Below are positions 50,445 through 62,830 of a stretch of 64,000 nt of DNA, piece by piece. This DNA comes from Raillietiella orientalis (Eukaryota). The stretch is from contig JAYWIR010000001.1 of NCBI GenBank assembly GCA_036172245.1, positions 4,588,001 through 4,652,000 of the forward strand. The letters run 5' to 3'. Positions within the stretch are counted from its first letter, which is position 1. Each line of letters begins with the position of its first letter. A program made the position numbers and the translations under genes. The notes under the pieces are model-generated. The model saw only the letters and a list, made by a program, of their open reading frames with translations, was not told the origin of the DNA and did no database searches.

Positions 50445-53400
50445 AGAGTGTGGACTCGAAAGGCTCTGATGTGGAGAAGAGATCACGAGAACAACCTCCA
50501 AGCATGGTTTCGAAAGGAACCATAATCATCTATTGATTCCTGCTGTATCTGAGTGGTTGGTGTTCTTGTGTGTCTCAACCATGGACGTGATGTGAGTCCA
50601 CACTCAAGTAGTAGGGAAAGAACATGGATGGTGAATTCATTCTGAAGGGTGATAGGATGGGCAGAATCTCCTTTGGAAAAAGGAGACCCTTGCCAAATGG
50701 GAAGGAAGGAAGGATTGGTCAATGTAATGGGTGTGGTGAAGAGCGCGAGGAGGTATCGCAGACATTTTGATGTGAACTGGAGGTGTAACTAAGAGTAACT
50801 CATGGTTATCGAATATCGGCACAAGAGGCTGAGGGTGCAAGCATGGGGGTGGAAAGATGACTTGGCACAAGAAACAGATGCTGTATCTCATTAATAATTC
50901 GAAATCTTTTACCGTTGTTAGAACTTAAATCCATTGTAGAGCAAAGTGGAAGATTTTCGTTTTTTTTTGTTGCAGGAAAAGAAGTGCCAATTAAAAATAA
51001 GAATTATTGGATGGACATGAGATCAAGTGATCAAATAGATAAGAAAAGATTGTAATAATACGAGAATGGCAATCATAAGTCTGATGCAAATGAAGGGTTT
51101 TTTTAAATGGGGAATCACAGAACACGAATCAGTAGAGTGGAAAAACTAGTTCACGACGGATGAATGGGATGAAGGGTTGCATGATATGTTACCGTACTCC
51201 ATGTGGTCAGGAAACCAACTGTTGTTTCCACTGTAGAAGAGAGGGAATATTTCCTGGTCTATTTTTTTTACGATTTTTTCATTTCAGATAGGTAATAACG
51301 TTGCAGTGGTGATTTAGTTTTCGACGTCGTTGTTTTTCAACGATTACATCTAGTTCGATGGTGGCTTTCTTTCAGAATTCAAAAGGCACAAAACTGCGGT
51401 AAAAGAGAAAATGAACAAAGGAAAGTATCACCGAGGCACAAATTAGAAGGTTCTGTTCTTCTTTATTTGAACCCGGTTCCACGTGTTTCTGGATCGATCA
51501 GGGTCGTGCATCCTCGTCTTCGTTAGCTAGCATGGCAACGACAACGGATCTGGGCCGTGCGGAAATTTCGAGAGAAGACCTCATCTTCTTTCAAGAAGAA
51601 ACGAGCTCTCTCTTCCTCCAGGACATGCTAAGGCACTTATGCTTTTTCTGGAGTGTTAGAAAGCAAATTCTGGTTATTTGAGACAGAGTGACGGCACACT
51701 CTTGTTTCCGGTGTCTTTGACGCGCTCTTTTTCAGGATCGGGAAGAAAGAACAATCCAAACGCGCGACTTCTATTGCACAAGCCCGTTGAAAGCACTTCC
51801 GTTGCATGGATCGCGCGCGTCCTTGGTCTCCCATTTTCAACGGCTGGGCTCGGGAGTTTTGCAAACTCATCACACGTCACAGATCGTTTTGCGTCATTTG
51901 AAATCCCGTATCCTGGTACCTACGTGGTTACAATCAGGTGATCTGCTTCGCTTGCATCCGACATTCAGCAGTTCTGCTCGTCATCCGCGGAGATTGATTT
52001 TAGCAACGGGAGGACAGGGGCAGGTCTGATTCAGCAGCGGTATTTCGATGAGAACGGATGTCGTCCCAACATTGCTTTGCTTCACACACACACACACAGA
52101 AAGACGCGATTCCAAAGGCTGAGCTTTGCAACGAACGAACGAACTCTTCCGCGAAACCCCAAAGGGTTCATCCCAGTAGTGTTTCATTTCCAGCAAGGAA
52201 ATCTTTCCCTTTCTCCGATGCTGCTGCCACTCCTTACTCGGAACAACAGAAGCAATCAGTTGCCTTTCTTCCCATGACCGGTTCCAAGTTTCCGTCCGCC
52301 ACAGAACGCTGACTTCCACGAGGGAATCCTTCCGGCGTTGAACTCTCGTTCCGAGTCCGCTGAGGGGCTCCAAGAGCGTGCAAGGGGGAAACCTGGGAAT
52401 CTCCGCACGGCGACCGAAATCCCAGAGAAGCAAAGGGGGGCCCCATCGCGCTCCTGGCATAGGCAAGGGTTGCCGATGCCGACAATCCTGGCATACCGCT
52501 ATTTTTGGCCGCGCTTCTCTGTAATCTCCTGCGACACCCCAGGCACGACGCCTGGTGGCATCCGCAGAGTATGCGCCATGCTAATAAAAAGTCATTCCAA
52601 GTCTCGAAACCAATTTCCGAAAGCGACGAAGCAGGGCGTCCCCTCCTTGCCCCCCAGCTTTTGATGATCTTGAAACTGGGCCAATATCGTGTTCTTCAAC
52701 ACCCCGAATGCAGTTTCCTCCTCTTTTTCGGATCGGTAGCTCTCTGCCCGATAATTTTCCCCTTCTAGAGTGCAGAAGCGAGAAAGTGCTGGCAACTGGT
52801 AATACGGCAATCGAAGAACGATGTGTGCTGTTCGGCCTTCCTCGTGATCGAAGGGTGCGCTGGGATTTCGCTTGGCGTCGCGGCGTGGTGGGATTCCCTT
52901 GCGTCCTGAACCTTGTTCAGGATCGGTCGATATCCTCCTGTAGGAAATCGAATTTTGCCTGAGGCGCCGTAGATAAACATGCTCCTAGATGACCATATGT
53001 TTTGATGTCAGGTTTTGCGTATATTTTTTCGTGGCGGCGTACGTGCGGTAAGGCTTTCAGCCAGTCCCATTATAAACAATTATACAGGAGTGCTTTGTCT
53101 TCTGAAGACATCCAGCTAATGGCTTCTCTCATGCATTTAAGTGCAGCCCTTCTGGAGAAGTTTCACTTTCAGTTTGGCACTGCGCATGCGCTTGCACTCT
53201 GATTACATGATCCCAAGAAACCAGGATGAGAAACCATAGTGAATGCTGATTGAAATTTTATTGCTCCGCCTCGCACCCAGTACTCGATTTTTTTTCTTTT
53301 GTCTGGCTTCCATCTGCCCTTGTTCGTAGTTCTCTGGTCACCCACTCTGCTTTTATAAACAGATTCTAGATCTGAAGTGGAGCTGTTTCGATGGACGGTC

Positions 53401-53541
53401 CAGGTGATCGCCATGGAAGAGATCGCAACGAAAAGGAATCTAGTTGGTGCGGCTGAAGGACAATTTTGGGTAAGTTTGGATCCAACGTGAGCATAATTCC
53501 AGCTTCAAGAAAGCGCCGCTGATGAACAGTGAAATGCTCAA

Positions 53542-54300
53542 CCCTAGAAGGGTAATGTGACGGTTCTGTGCATAAATAAGTACGTAGTGTCATATAGGAA
53601 CACGAATTGAAATCATAAAAATGTAATAATTTTTCACAAAAATTTCATTTTGTTAATGGAATGCAATTATGTTTACACATTATTTTACAATTCACTCGCA
53701 CATTCACAATATCAAGGCCTTCAGTGTTGGGTACATATGACTTTTGCAACAGGTACACTTTTCCCTTCCTTTCGGGCTGGGGGAACATGGGCACATTTCG
53801 CAGCGTTTGTAGATGGTTAAAGGTTCTTGTGGACCATCTTGGAACCCCAGATCTTCCTTATTTAGTACAAATAAAATCAAATTTCGCAAAGAACGAGACA
53901 AATTTTTGCATTGTGACCGGCATTCCACATGGGGTGTTACAAGCTGGATTCGCTCTCAGCTTCCGTATTTCCGTCATCCAAATCTTTGTCTTCATCGGAT
54001 GAATTCCGAATTCGTTTCTCCTCTTTCGTAGCGTCTAATCAAACCTTCCAGTTCATTTTGTGTGAAAATTTTACCATGAAAGGCCATGGGTACGAATGTT
54101 TATATGCAATGTAAAAGGTAACGTGGTGTGTACGACACAATCGGGCACAAAATGAAACAAAACCAACCCATCTGCACGCAATTGTGACTGCAGGCGCACT
54201 GAAAGCTTAGTAATAGCTAGCTGGAACAGCATTCTGGCAACACTGACCATGGGAGAGAGTCTGCACATTTAGTTCCTGTGGGTCGCATATGACACCTTTA
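53542..54300 (-). mobile_element. Decayed, internally deleted piggyBac-type DNA transposon
   Basis: Minus frame QLVTPHVECRSQCKNLSRSLRNLI...KRCEMCP...KGREKCTCCK resembles a piggyBac C-terminus and Cys-rich domain, preceded directly by an acidic N-terminus-like stretch (SDEDKDLDDGNTEAESES). One end reads tcaa|CCCTAGAAG (piggyBac-like TIR with a mutated TTAA). Inverted GTGTCATAT at 53587 and 54287-54295. The other TIR is not clear. Confidence 0.55.
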
Positions 54301-54864
54301 AAAAAGGTGTTCTTCGATTCCCTTCTTCTGTGTATCTAAGTAGCAATGTACAGGGTGGACGAGTCGAACGCTTTGATCTGATTTTCTCAAACAGGCAAGA
54401 ATATTCTCCACTTCCTCCGAAGGCCGCCAAGACCAAGCAGTGGATCCGGAATGAAAGCAGTCAGGTCACCCCAGGTGGACGCGGAGGTGAACGGATTTTG
54501 GAATAAGAGGAATTGGCGAAGGAGGTGTGGGCATCGTTAGCTAAAATGCCAACTCGACGGGCCGTCGACTGAAAGCCCACCTGAAGTGACATGCACCCTC
54601 AAATGACGTTGACGCCGTCCACGAAGGATGTTGAACGTCCACGAAGGTCCGTCCAGGCAAACGGTTCTTCAGTACTTAACGATGGATGGGGGTGTGAAAA
54701 ATCCAGTCAGAGGGAATCCTTTCCCACGGAGCATTTTTAGCGACGGTGGAATTAGAAACCTGCAACTGTTCGTCGCAGATTGTTCTGGCATCCTTCTACC
54801 ATTTCCTCTGCAAATTTTTCACGCGCTTAACCAAGCTTGATGAGTGCTGTTTTTCCTCGAAGGA

Positions 54865-55288
54865 AGCCCGCTAGGGAACCGCTCTTGGTTTCTTCCTCTG
54901 AAGAGAACCCCGAAAGAAGACTTTCCTATTTCTCTGGAGAGCGCTTCTTGCACTCTGAAGAGAATTTACCCGAAGGAAGTACCAACTAGCCCCATGGTAC
55001 GGCTCCCATCTTCACAACCGGAGGGGAACCGGCGCTCCCTGATTCCTGGAATGACCCCGGAGGGTCAACTTCCAATCCCGTCCAGTCAACGTGAGCATCC
55101 GGTTTCCGCCAGTGCCACACCCGAAGTCCCTGACTCCAACCAGCGTCATCCTGAGGGGGGAGGGAAATCGCAATCCACGACTCCTCTCCTCCCATTTCTC
55201 GGCATCGATCCTTCTTCAGGCGGGATTCGAACCCGCGACGCTCTGTGCCACGCGCGCTGACCGCAGCCACACGACCGCCGACGCGGGC
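54865..55288 (-). mobile_element. 5' part of a SINE-like copy
   Basis: Sense strand GCCCGCGTCGGCGGTCGTGTGGCTGCGG...GCGGGTTCGAATCCCGCC...ggatgacgctggttgg...ctccggttgtgaagatgg. Confidence 0.85.
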
Positions 55289-57525
55289 GAAGCATTCACT
55301 GATGGGGATAAACCGAATGCATCGGTAGAGAATTCAGTGCAAATGCAGTGGTGCAGTGGTCCCAGTTCAACGGAGGGGTTCAGGTGGCCTTAGTCGACGG
55401 CCTGTCGAGATGGCAGATTTTCGACGTCGACGGTCTTTCTACGAAGGAACCAAAGGAAAGCATGCTGGCTGCAACTGATAAAACTCGGGATGGGGATAAA
55501 AGAGGATCCGCTCGCTCGGTCTAAGGAAAGAAGTTTAGTTATCACTGCGCCGCGTGCCATGGCACCGAACCTCCACCCTGAAGAAAAGCACAATGTAATA
55601 TGTTCCAGAATTTATATTTGGAGGAAAAACGCGTCCGTCTTTCTCGAATCCAAGCTAATATATAACATGCTTCAGATTTTCAGCGGGAGGTTGCTGAAAA
55701 TCCGAAATGTGGAGGTTGCAAAAGGGATGAAGAACGTATTTCCCTAGCAGGACGCAGCACACATCTCTGGTGCAAAGGAGAGGCTTTGGATAGCGAGAAA
55801 AAGATCAGTCGTCTCCCTCATTGGATAAGAGGCAGCGTGGTCAAGGAAGCTACGGGTGCCGAAAGAGGCAGCAGGCGCACCCGAGATCGGTACCAGTGCT
55901 GGCGACTCTTATGAAGACGTCAAACGCAATAACCATCGTTTTTTTCTAGAAGCCTTGCGACCGAGTGCTAAAAGTCCGCGGGGAGTCTGCTGGCTGACGC
56001 ACGCGCAGATGTCTCGAAGGAACCTGGCATGCGTCGCTAGCGGCGACAGATTTTGGAGACTGGATACAGAATTGGAGGCAAAAAGAGACCAGATCGAAAT
56101 AAAGTGCCTATTCAGAAGGATTTTATCGAGAGAGGCCGCCGTGTTGCGTGCGAGCGTAGATCTCCGGGCGTTCCCAAGACACGTAAGCCCTACATAAGAA
56201 AGCGAAGAAAATAAGGGACAGCTGCAAGAGTTGCCTGGGACGTCATTCGTGAAAAGCTTTTGAATGGACCTTTGAATGGACTCTTGAATGTCCTCGTGGA
56301 AAGCAAGAAAAGTGAAGCAACCTTCGATTTCGCGTGAGAATTTATAAAGGCGAAGACGTTATTGTATCGGTGGCAGATGAGATGCAGAAACCAAGAAGGC
56401 TGGGTTGGAATAGGAACCGTGAGAAACTCTGCAAAGAAGTACCCGCAGTTTTTCAAGAGCTCCGGAGAACCGCAGTCAATCGCAGCAGCACGGGCACGAT
56501 TCAGCTCGGATGCCAGTGGCGTTGTCACCGGTCAACTGGCCAGAGTTGCTGCTCATATGGGAAGGACCAAGAGGGGTGAAACGACTTGGGGGCCATCGAT
56601 ATGCGCAAGGTCCACTGAGAACTCATGGAAAGAGACAAGCCGACCACTCGGTATCTGTAACTTTCAGGTCAAAGCATTCCCTGCTCTTGCTAGGTCTATC
56701 CTGCCACGTCACCTGAGTGAGAGGCCCGAGAATCGATCTACAAAGAATTCCAGATCGTTGGAAGGTTACGCATTCTGCTTCCAGACCAGCTTCACCTTCA
56801 TAGATCCGAGCCTCTGTCTTCGCGGCCGAGAAGCAGAGCTCATCTGAGAGCTTGCGTGGAACATGCTCATCCGTGAGCTTCTCGGATGGGGTTGGAAAGG
56901 CCACGCGAGGCCGAAAAAAAGTTTTCGCGCGCCCCTCGAAAGTGCGTTCCTCCTTCTCGACCGCGAGCTTGCATGCACCGAGAAGGGAGGGGCGCTATTT
57001 TTGGACAGAACCCTTCTGCTATTGGTGATGTTCGGGGGTTGAAAACCAGCTGGGTTTGGACAGTCCACCACCAGACAAAAGCAAGTTTCGTGGGGAGGAA
57101 GAGCGATGGACTTTTGCAAATGATCAGACTATCCCTAATAAACCATTCCCGGTCGCCACCGCCATTAGGAATGCGGGCACAATGAGCAAAGTCGCGAAGC
57201 ACGCAACGTGCGCTTCTCCAGCTCGCAAGATGGCATCTGGATGCACCGTTGATCTCTGCCATGATGTAGCCCTCGTTCCTCGACTTGTCTTGGACTTACT
57301 GCTTGTCTCTTTCCCACCATCCGACCTTGGTTCTGCATGGACTTTGTGCGTTCATCAGGAACGGCAAGGCGGATGTGGGGTTTGCTCTTCTGGAACCAGG
57401 CACTCCTTCCAGGATCCAGAGCGAATGATCTCTCAGTAGTTTCGCTTCGCTATTATCTTTCTGGACATCCGACGTCCGTCGGAGCAGGAAACGCAAGTGG
57501 CGGTTCTCCCATGAAGGGGGAGTCA

Positions 57526-57664
57526 TGGACCGATCCCTGAGGTGCTGGAATACCGCGACAGGAGAGGAGCAAGCCCCAAGCATCCCGTCCACTTCCAAAA
57601 AGTAGTTTAACATACTGGTCACCAGATAGATGGGACATCAGATATTAAACAGATAAGAACAGAT
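57526..57664 (-). pseudogene. U2: U2 snRNA 3' portion (from ~nt 39), degenerate
   Basis: Minus strand ATCTGTTCTTATCTGTTTAATATCTGAT...TTAAA..CTTTTTGG (Sm-site-like)...GGGGCTTGCTCC...GGTATTCCAGCACCTCAGGGATCGGTCCA follows U2 stems IIa-IV, with a deletion in stem IV and a mutated loop IV. Confidence 0.92.
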
Positions 57665-58300
57665 TTATTTCAAGTATTTCTGTATTCTTACATGAAAAGA
57701 TGAAGTGAATGGCTCTGCTGTATCTCTCTTTCTTCCGCTGACAGGTTCCTCACCCTTCAAGAGTTTGAGGAGGGATTTTCTTTCTTTCCAGCTGTTCGTG
57801 GATTGATGGCAACGTACAGAGGATGTCATAGACGGTGCGTCCAGTAGATATCCCTGCTGTATTGGATGCATGAGGTCACCTTCAAGTGCCTTCTTGTCTC
57901 CGCATACCGCTTTGGGATACCTGGCTCACGGATTACTCCACCATTGCGTGGGTTCCAGGTTCCCAGTGTACCGACGATAATAGCTTGACATCCTTTCTTC
58001 CTCAGCAGTTAGGCGATCTCTTGGTATTTCTAGTCTTTTTTTTCGTTCTTGAGAGGCTGAATACCTCCTCGGTGTTGTCGAACGGACAGGCGACTTCAAG
58101 GATGACCATTCTTTGAGACCTTGTTTGCCTTCTGCAGCACCAGATGAGGCTGGAGTCGCACACAGGCACAAAAACATTCGCCCGCAACAGACTCCACCCT
58201 GCGGTATCCTTTGTCGCTGCAGGCAACCTTGCCACGATGCATCACGCCTAGCTGTGTATAGGGGAGAAGGTCTCACGCAGTGATGCAAGCCTAATGCAGT
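57665..58300 (-). mobile_element. 3' end of a Utopia-type (NeSL/R2-group, RLE) U2-targeting non-LTR retrotransposon, 5'-truncated and decayed
   Basis: Frameshift-corrected translation LHHC...YTARRDAIVARL...LQPHLVL...VILEVACPFDN...K..KY...IIVGTLGTWNPRN...YSRDIYWTH* (stop at 57826-57828) is a restriction-like endonuclease domain. The ~160-nt 3' UTR ends ...gaaataa and joins U2 directly at ATCTGTTCTT. Confidence 0.88.
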
Positions 58301-61300
58301 GATTTGGTTCCGGTAAAGAAGCATCAGCACGTTTCGATGCCGAATAATACGGTCAAAGTAGACGCAAAATTGATTTCTCCCCAAAATTTGTGCAAGAACT
58401 CAAGAGACCTTTTGCTGAAGGGAAAGGTGTCTTGATTTAGAAATTCGTTGGTTCTTCCTCTGTTGTCAGGTTGTCAGGGGTGATGCAAACTTTCTGTGTG
58501 CATCAATGGTGCAGCTGTTGAGGTGCAGTCTGAAAAAAAAAAAAAAAATCCGGACTGTTTGCATGGTGTGAAGGAAGAGAGCGCAGAAGAGATGGAGGGC
58601 CATATCTGCCCGTTGTGAGTCGTGTCGCCTCGTGCGACGCTCACCGTGTTGACTGCTATGGGCAGACGGAGCAGCGGCAACCAGCGGAAGTCGAGATCTT
58701 CAGAAGAGTGTGCGGCCACTCTCCCTCCTGGGAGACCAACCTTGGAGACAGGTTGGCGCTTGTGAGTCGAGCGCCTCAGAGCCAATCGCTGGACAGAGTC
58801 GTTCCGCTGTCTCAGGACGGTTCTACTCGTAGGAGACTGGGCGTAGGGGAGAAAAAAAGAAGAGAGCCATCAAGCGGCCAATTCCCTAAGAAGTTTCCTT
58901 GAGGATAGCTGGTGACTTACGAAGAGGAGGGAGGGCAGAGAGGGAGTTGGACCCATCCTCAAGCTCCAAATGGGGGAGGAATCTGGTTCTGGAGCTCTCT
59001 GGCTGTCGGATCGGTGAGGCTTTCGGTAAGCAGACCTGGCGCCGTGGGATGAACCAGTGCTAAGCTTCTCGTAAGATCCGTCGCGGACAGCCGTGTGGTG
59101 GCCGCGCTCAAAGTAAGGCGTGTTGTCGACGGCTGCCGCGAGGAGGCGACCTTCTCGGAAGATGCCGAGCGTCGAGCAGAAAGGGAGATCGGGGAGGGGT
59201 AGAGCCATTGCTGCCTGCCATAGTGAAAGATTGGCAGCTTCTTGGGCGATTCTGGAGAATGGGGTCTCTGTGGTCGGTACGGATCTTGGGGAGAGGGGGG
59301 TAGCAAGTGAAGTCCTGCAGTGAAGGTCCGACGTAGGAGGAAAGGTCACGAGACGGGCACCTCCCCCGCCCGCAGAGAATCGGTCGCCCACGTCTTCCAG
59401 CAGGGGCATGGCGGCAGCAGGGAGCTCTCGCAGCTGCCGGGTTCCTCCATTTTTGCGATTACTGCTTCCCTCCCCCCCTCCTCGTGCGCTCCCGCATGCT
59501 GGCCGGCGTTCCAGAATCTGCGTGCATTCTGGCAAATCCGGAGTGCCTTCGTCGCCGCAGGTTGCTTTCCCGGAAGGGGGCCGAGGCCTGCTCGTTCTCG
59601 GAACGCGGTGCAGCATCCAGGAGCAGCGCGCACGTCGGCAATCAGGGAACGGGAAGCGCGAAGGGGGGTCGTTTAAGGGTTTCCCTCCATTGCATCAGAG
59701 GAAGATTCCCACTCCTGGGGTGTCCCCAAGTCTCAACGATGAAACGGATCCTAGGGTTACACTCAGGAGAGAGAAGGGGAGGAAAAAAAAACAACAACAG
59801 CAACGAAAAAGCTCTTCCCAGCTGGCTGTTCTCCCTCCTCCCTCCTCTTCTTCAAGGAAGAGATTCTTCCTGTGCTCCAAGGCAATATCTTCGTCTATGG
59901 GAGAGCCGCACAGAGTTTTGTCGCCACGGTGCTCGAAGAGGGATGGGAAAAACTGGCGTCGGTTTCGCCGCACTGCCTCCGACAACGGCTCTTTCTTGCC
60001 TTGCAAAAGACGTGGGCATAAACATGCCATCTCCAGCCTGTCCTGGTTTGGTATTTGGCGTTCGACTATATTTATTGGTCCTGCTACGGGTTTGGTACCC
60101 CGGAACGATGCTGTCCCGTATTTACGATCACGTAGTAATAAGCGGGATGGAAATTTTTCTTGCGTGCTGATTTCGTACGCCTGTTGCCATGGGAAGGCCT
60201 TTCGACGACAGCCAGAGAGGATTTTCATTTCAATTGCAGCGCCCGAGCGCTTCTCTACTGGGGAGACCGTCGTTCCGATCCCTGGATCCGTCGAAAAATG
60301 TTCTCTCCCTACTTTCCCTTTTCGACGGGACATGTGGCCAATTTCGCAATGCAATAAACAGATCAATCCTCCCTCCCCCCCCCCTTTTCGCCCTTAATTG
60401 AAAGTAAATCGCGTGGCATTTGATGATTCGGGAACACTTCGAATCCAGCGGGGAAGTTCGGGGATTTCGAAAATTCCTGAGAGTTCGAAGCGGGGAACCG
60501 GGGAAGCAGCGACCCGTTTCATCCCAGGCACATCTCGGGACTCCCTCTCTCCTTGGCGAGGGGCGCGCGGGGCCCTTCCTGATCTTGGATCCATAAAATC
60601 TGGCTCGTTTCCGAGGCTCTGGGCTTGGCTCTCCCGGGAAGCCTTCGCTCCTCTCTCCCCGCCCATCCGCGGTGTGCCCGTCCCACTGTCAGATGAACGC
60701 TACGCCGCCACCGGGACCCAACGACGATGCGAGGTTCGGTTCCTCCGGCGTCCAGGTTCTCCCACTCGCGAACCCTGGAGATTCCTGCCTTTCACGGGGA
60801 GCGCAGGTGCCGCGTGCGGGGACTCGGTACCAGCTTTCTCGAGGCCGCTGAGGGACCGCTTGGCCGGAATCTGCCTCTGGGAAACCTCTTGCGACCTTCC
60901 GAGCGGACCGCCCGAGTGAGTTCGCCCGTCAGGAACGAACCAGGCGCCTGGCGGCAGGGCTCTCGCCAGGCTTCGGAGCAGGCGACGGGAGACGAAGGCG
61001 TTGCTGTACGTCTTGACCGGGGAACGTCGCGGAAGCGGCCACGTTGCCCGAGGGAAGCCGACGGCGAAGAGATTTTCTCGCGGCTGCGGCTGGACCTACC
61101 CGCAGGATCGCAAGCAAAGGAAGCGAGCGGTCGTGCTTCGGGAGTTTCCGGTCCGGGAAGGGCAAAACGGAGACGACGTCCTCCGTGACCCCGTACTGGA
61201 TCGAAAAGGCGAAGGGAGGGGAGGGGGTATCTTGGTTTCCTCGGGATTCCATCTTCACGGAAAGCGAACTGGAGAAGGGCGCTGTGATTTCACACCCGGG

Positions 61301-61499
61301 TGCACCGGGGCGTTTATTACCCTTACAGGGATCAATGGAGCCAAAAGGCCCACCGATTCCAATTATTACACTAAAAAAAGGGAGAGACCGGCGAGGTCCA
61401 TCACACCCACGAAGGAAAAGAGGAAAGAAACAAAAATATAAAAAAAGGAAACAAACTATAACAAATAATAAAAACTAACAAAAAAAAAAATAAGTCGGA

Positions 61500-62830
61500 G
61501 GGAAGGGAAGGGATCACATTTCGTGGTGGGTGAGGCCTCTGCATGCGTTGAAGGATGCCGACGAGCTCCTCCTTCTCCTTTTCCAGGTGAGGCCATCCCA
61601 AAGCTATCCGCAGGAAGCGGATGGCATGCAGGACAGCCCCCCCCGTCTCTCCGGCCTCTCTCGGCGTCGCACTTGGCCGCGACGACACCGCACACGCAGC
61701 ACAGGGCTGCGATGGCGGCTGCGGGCGTCATAGCGTCCTGCACGAAGAGGAGCCTCAAAGAGTCGCTGGGATCGTCCACGGGGTGTGGAATGGACGCTGA
61801 GAAACGTTCCCACAATTCCCAGAGGGCAACGCACTGCACTGTGAGGTGGAGGAAGGTCTCCTTCTCTCCATACCTGGCATAGTTCGTCGATGCGCTTCCC
61901 CTGGTCCAGTAGTGCCGGTGCGCATTGCACGGGAGACCCCAGTGCTGTATCAGCAGCGCCGATTGCTGCCACTGGAGGAGGAGCAGCTTCCTGTCCATAA
62001 ACACGAGGGGCATTTTTAACTCTTCGGGCCGAATGGAGAAGAGTTCATCCCAACATTCCAGTCCTTTGGAGAGGGTTCTTGCTGTTGCCGTGTCAGCCAG
62101 CTGACGTGAAGTCCAGCCACCGATGGGTTTCCTGCAGGCCGAGATCTCGCAGGAAACCTCCCAATTCGCCGGCAGGCTGGTGCCATATACCTCGATAGTG
62201 GAGGACACCGCTGCAGCCAAGGGGATGGCTGCTGGGTAAGCCAACGAAGTCAGCTCCCTATCCACCGCCTCCAGTGTTCTTCCGCTGTTCTTCCAAAACT
62301 CTTGGCAGCGGGTAACTTCCGGGGCCCGGGTGAGCTGGGCCGATGTTCTCACTTTCTGCTGCCTCCAGTTCGGAGTGTCCGCGGGGCGGCAACGAATCCA
62401 CGTATTCGCTCTCACCAGAGCAGCGACACACCGGAGAGGGGAAGCCGCGAGATGGGAGGGGTGGGTGGTGGCACGCAAACAGGGTTGCGAGTGCTTCGCC
62501 ACCGACCGCCAGCCGGGAGAGCAAACGTGCAGGGGAGCACGAATGGGTGGCCCAATTCTTTGCCACGAAGACCAGTCTTCGAAAGTTCAGTTGAACTTCC
62601 ATGAGCCCCAACGTCAGGAGTCGAAGTCCTCCGCAGCGACGAGGAGTGAGAGTGCTGCGATCGCAGCAATCTGTTGCATCCGCGCCATAGTGACAGTCCA
62701 CCGTGTGTTAGAAGCAAGTTCGTGGCGAAGAGAGGCTGTCAGCATGGCAGTAGCCCTCATGAGAGCAGCCGCAAGGTGGCCTCATATTCCAGAAGAAGTA
62801 GCCAGGGAGATTGCCACCATCCAGGGCCGC
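61500..62830 (-). mobile_element. Decayed L1/Tx1-type LINE ORF2 3' part
   Basis: RSTLTPRRCGGLRLLTL (post-RT P..GGL motif) and LQWQQSALLIQHWGLPCNAHRHYWTRG...ARYGEKETFLHLTVQC (degenerate zf-RVT). Homologous to 4870-5680, including the shared gggaagggatcac near the 3' end. Confidence 0.7.

Noticed and set aside
52590-52700. KLGGKEGTPCFVAFGNW resembling a Fanzor/TnpB motif
   Set aside because: No downstream RuvC DE..TS or zinc-finger motifs in any frame; a stop follows shortly.
39920-57664. The two U2 pieces as one U2 gene split by a 17.6-kb insertion
   Set aside because: On the minus strand the 3' piece lies upstream of the 5' piece, and the yippee gene lies between them.
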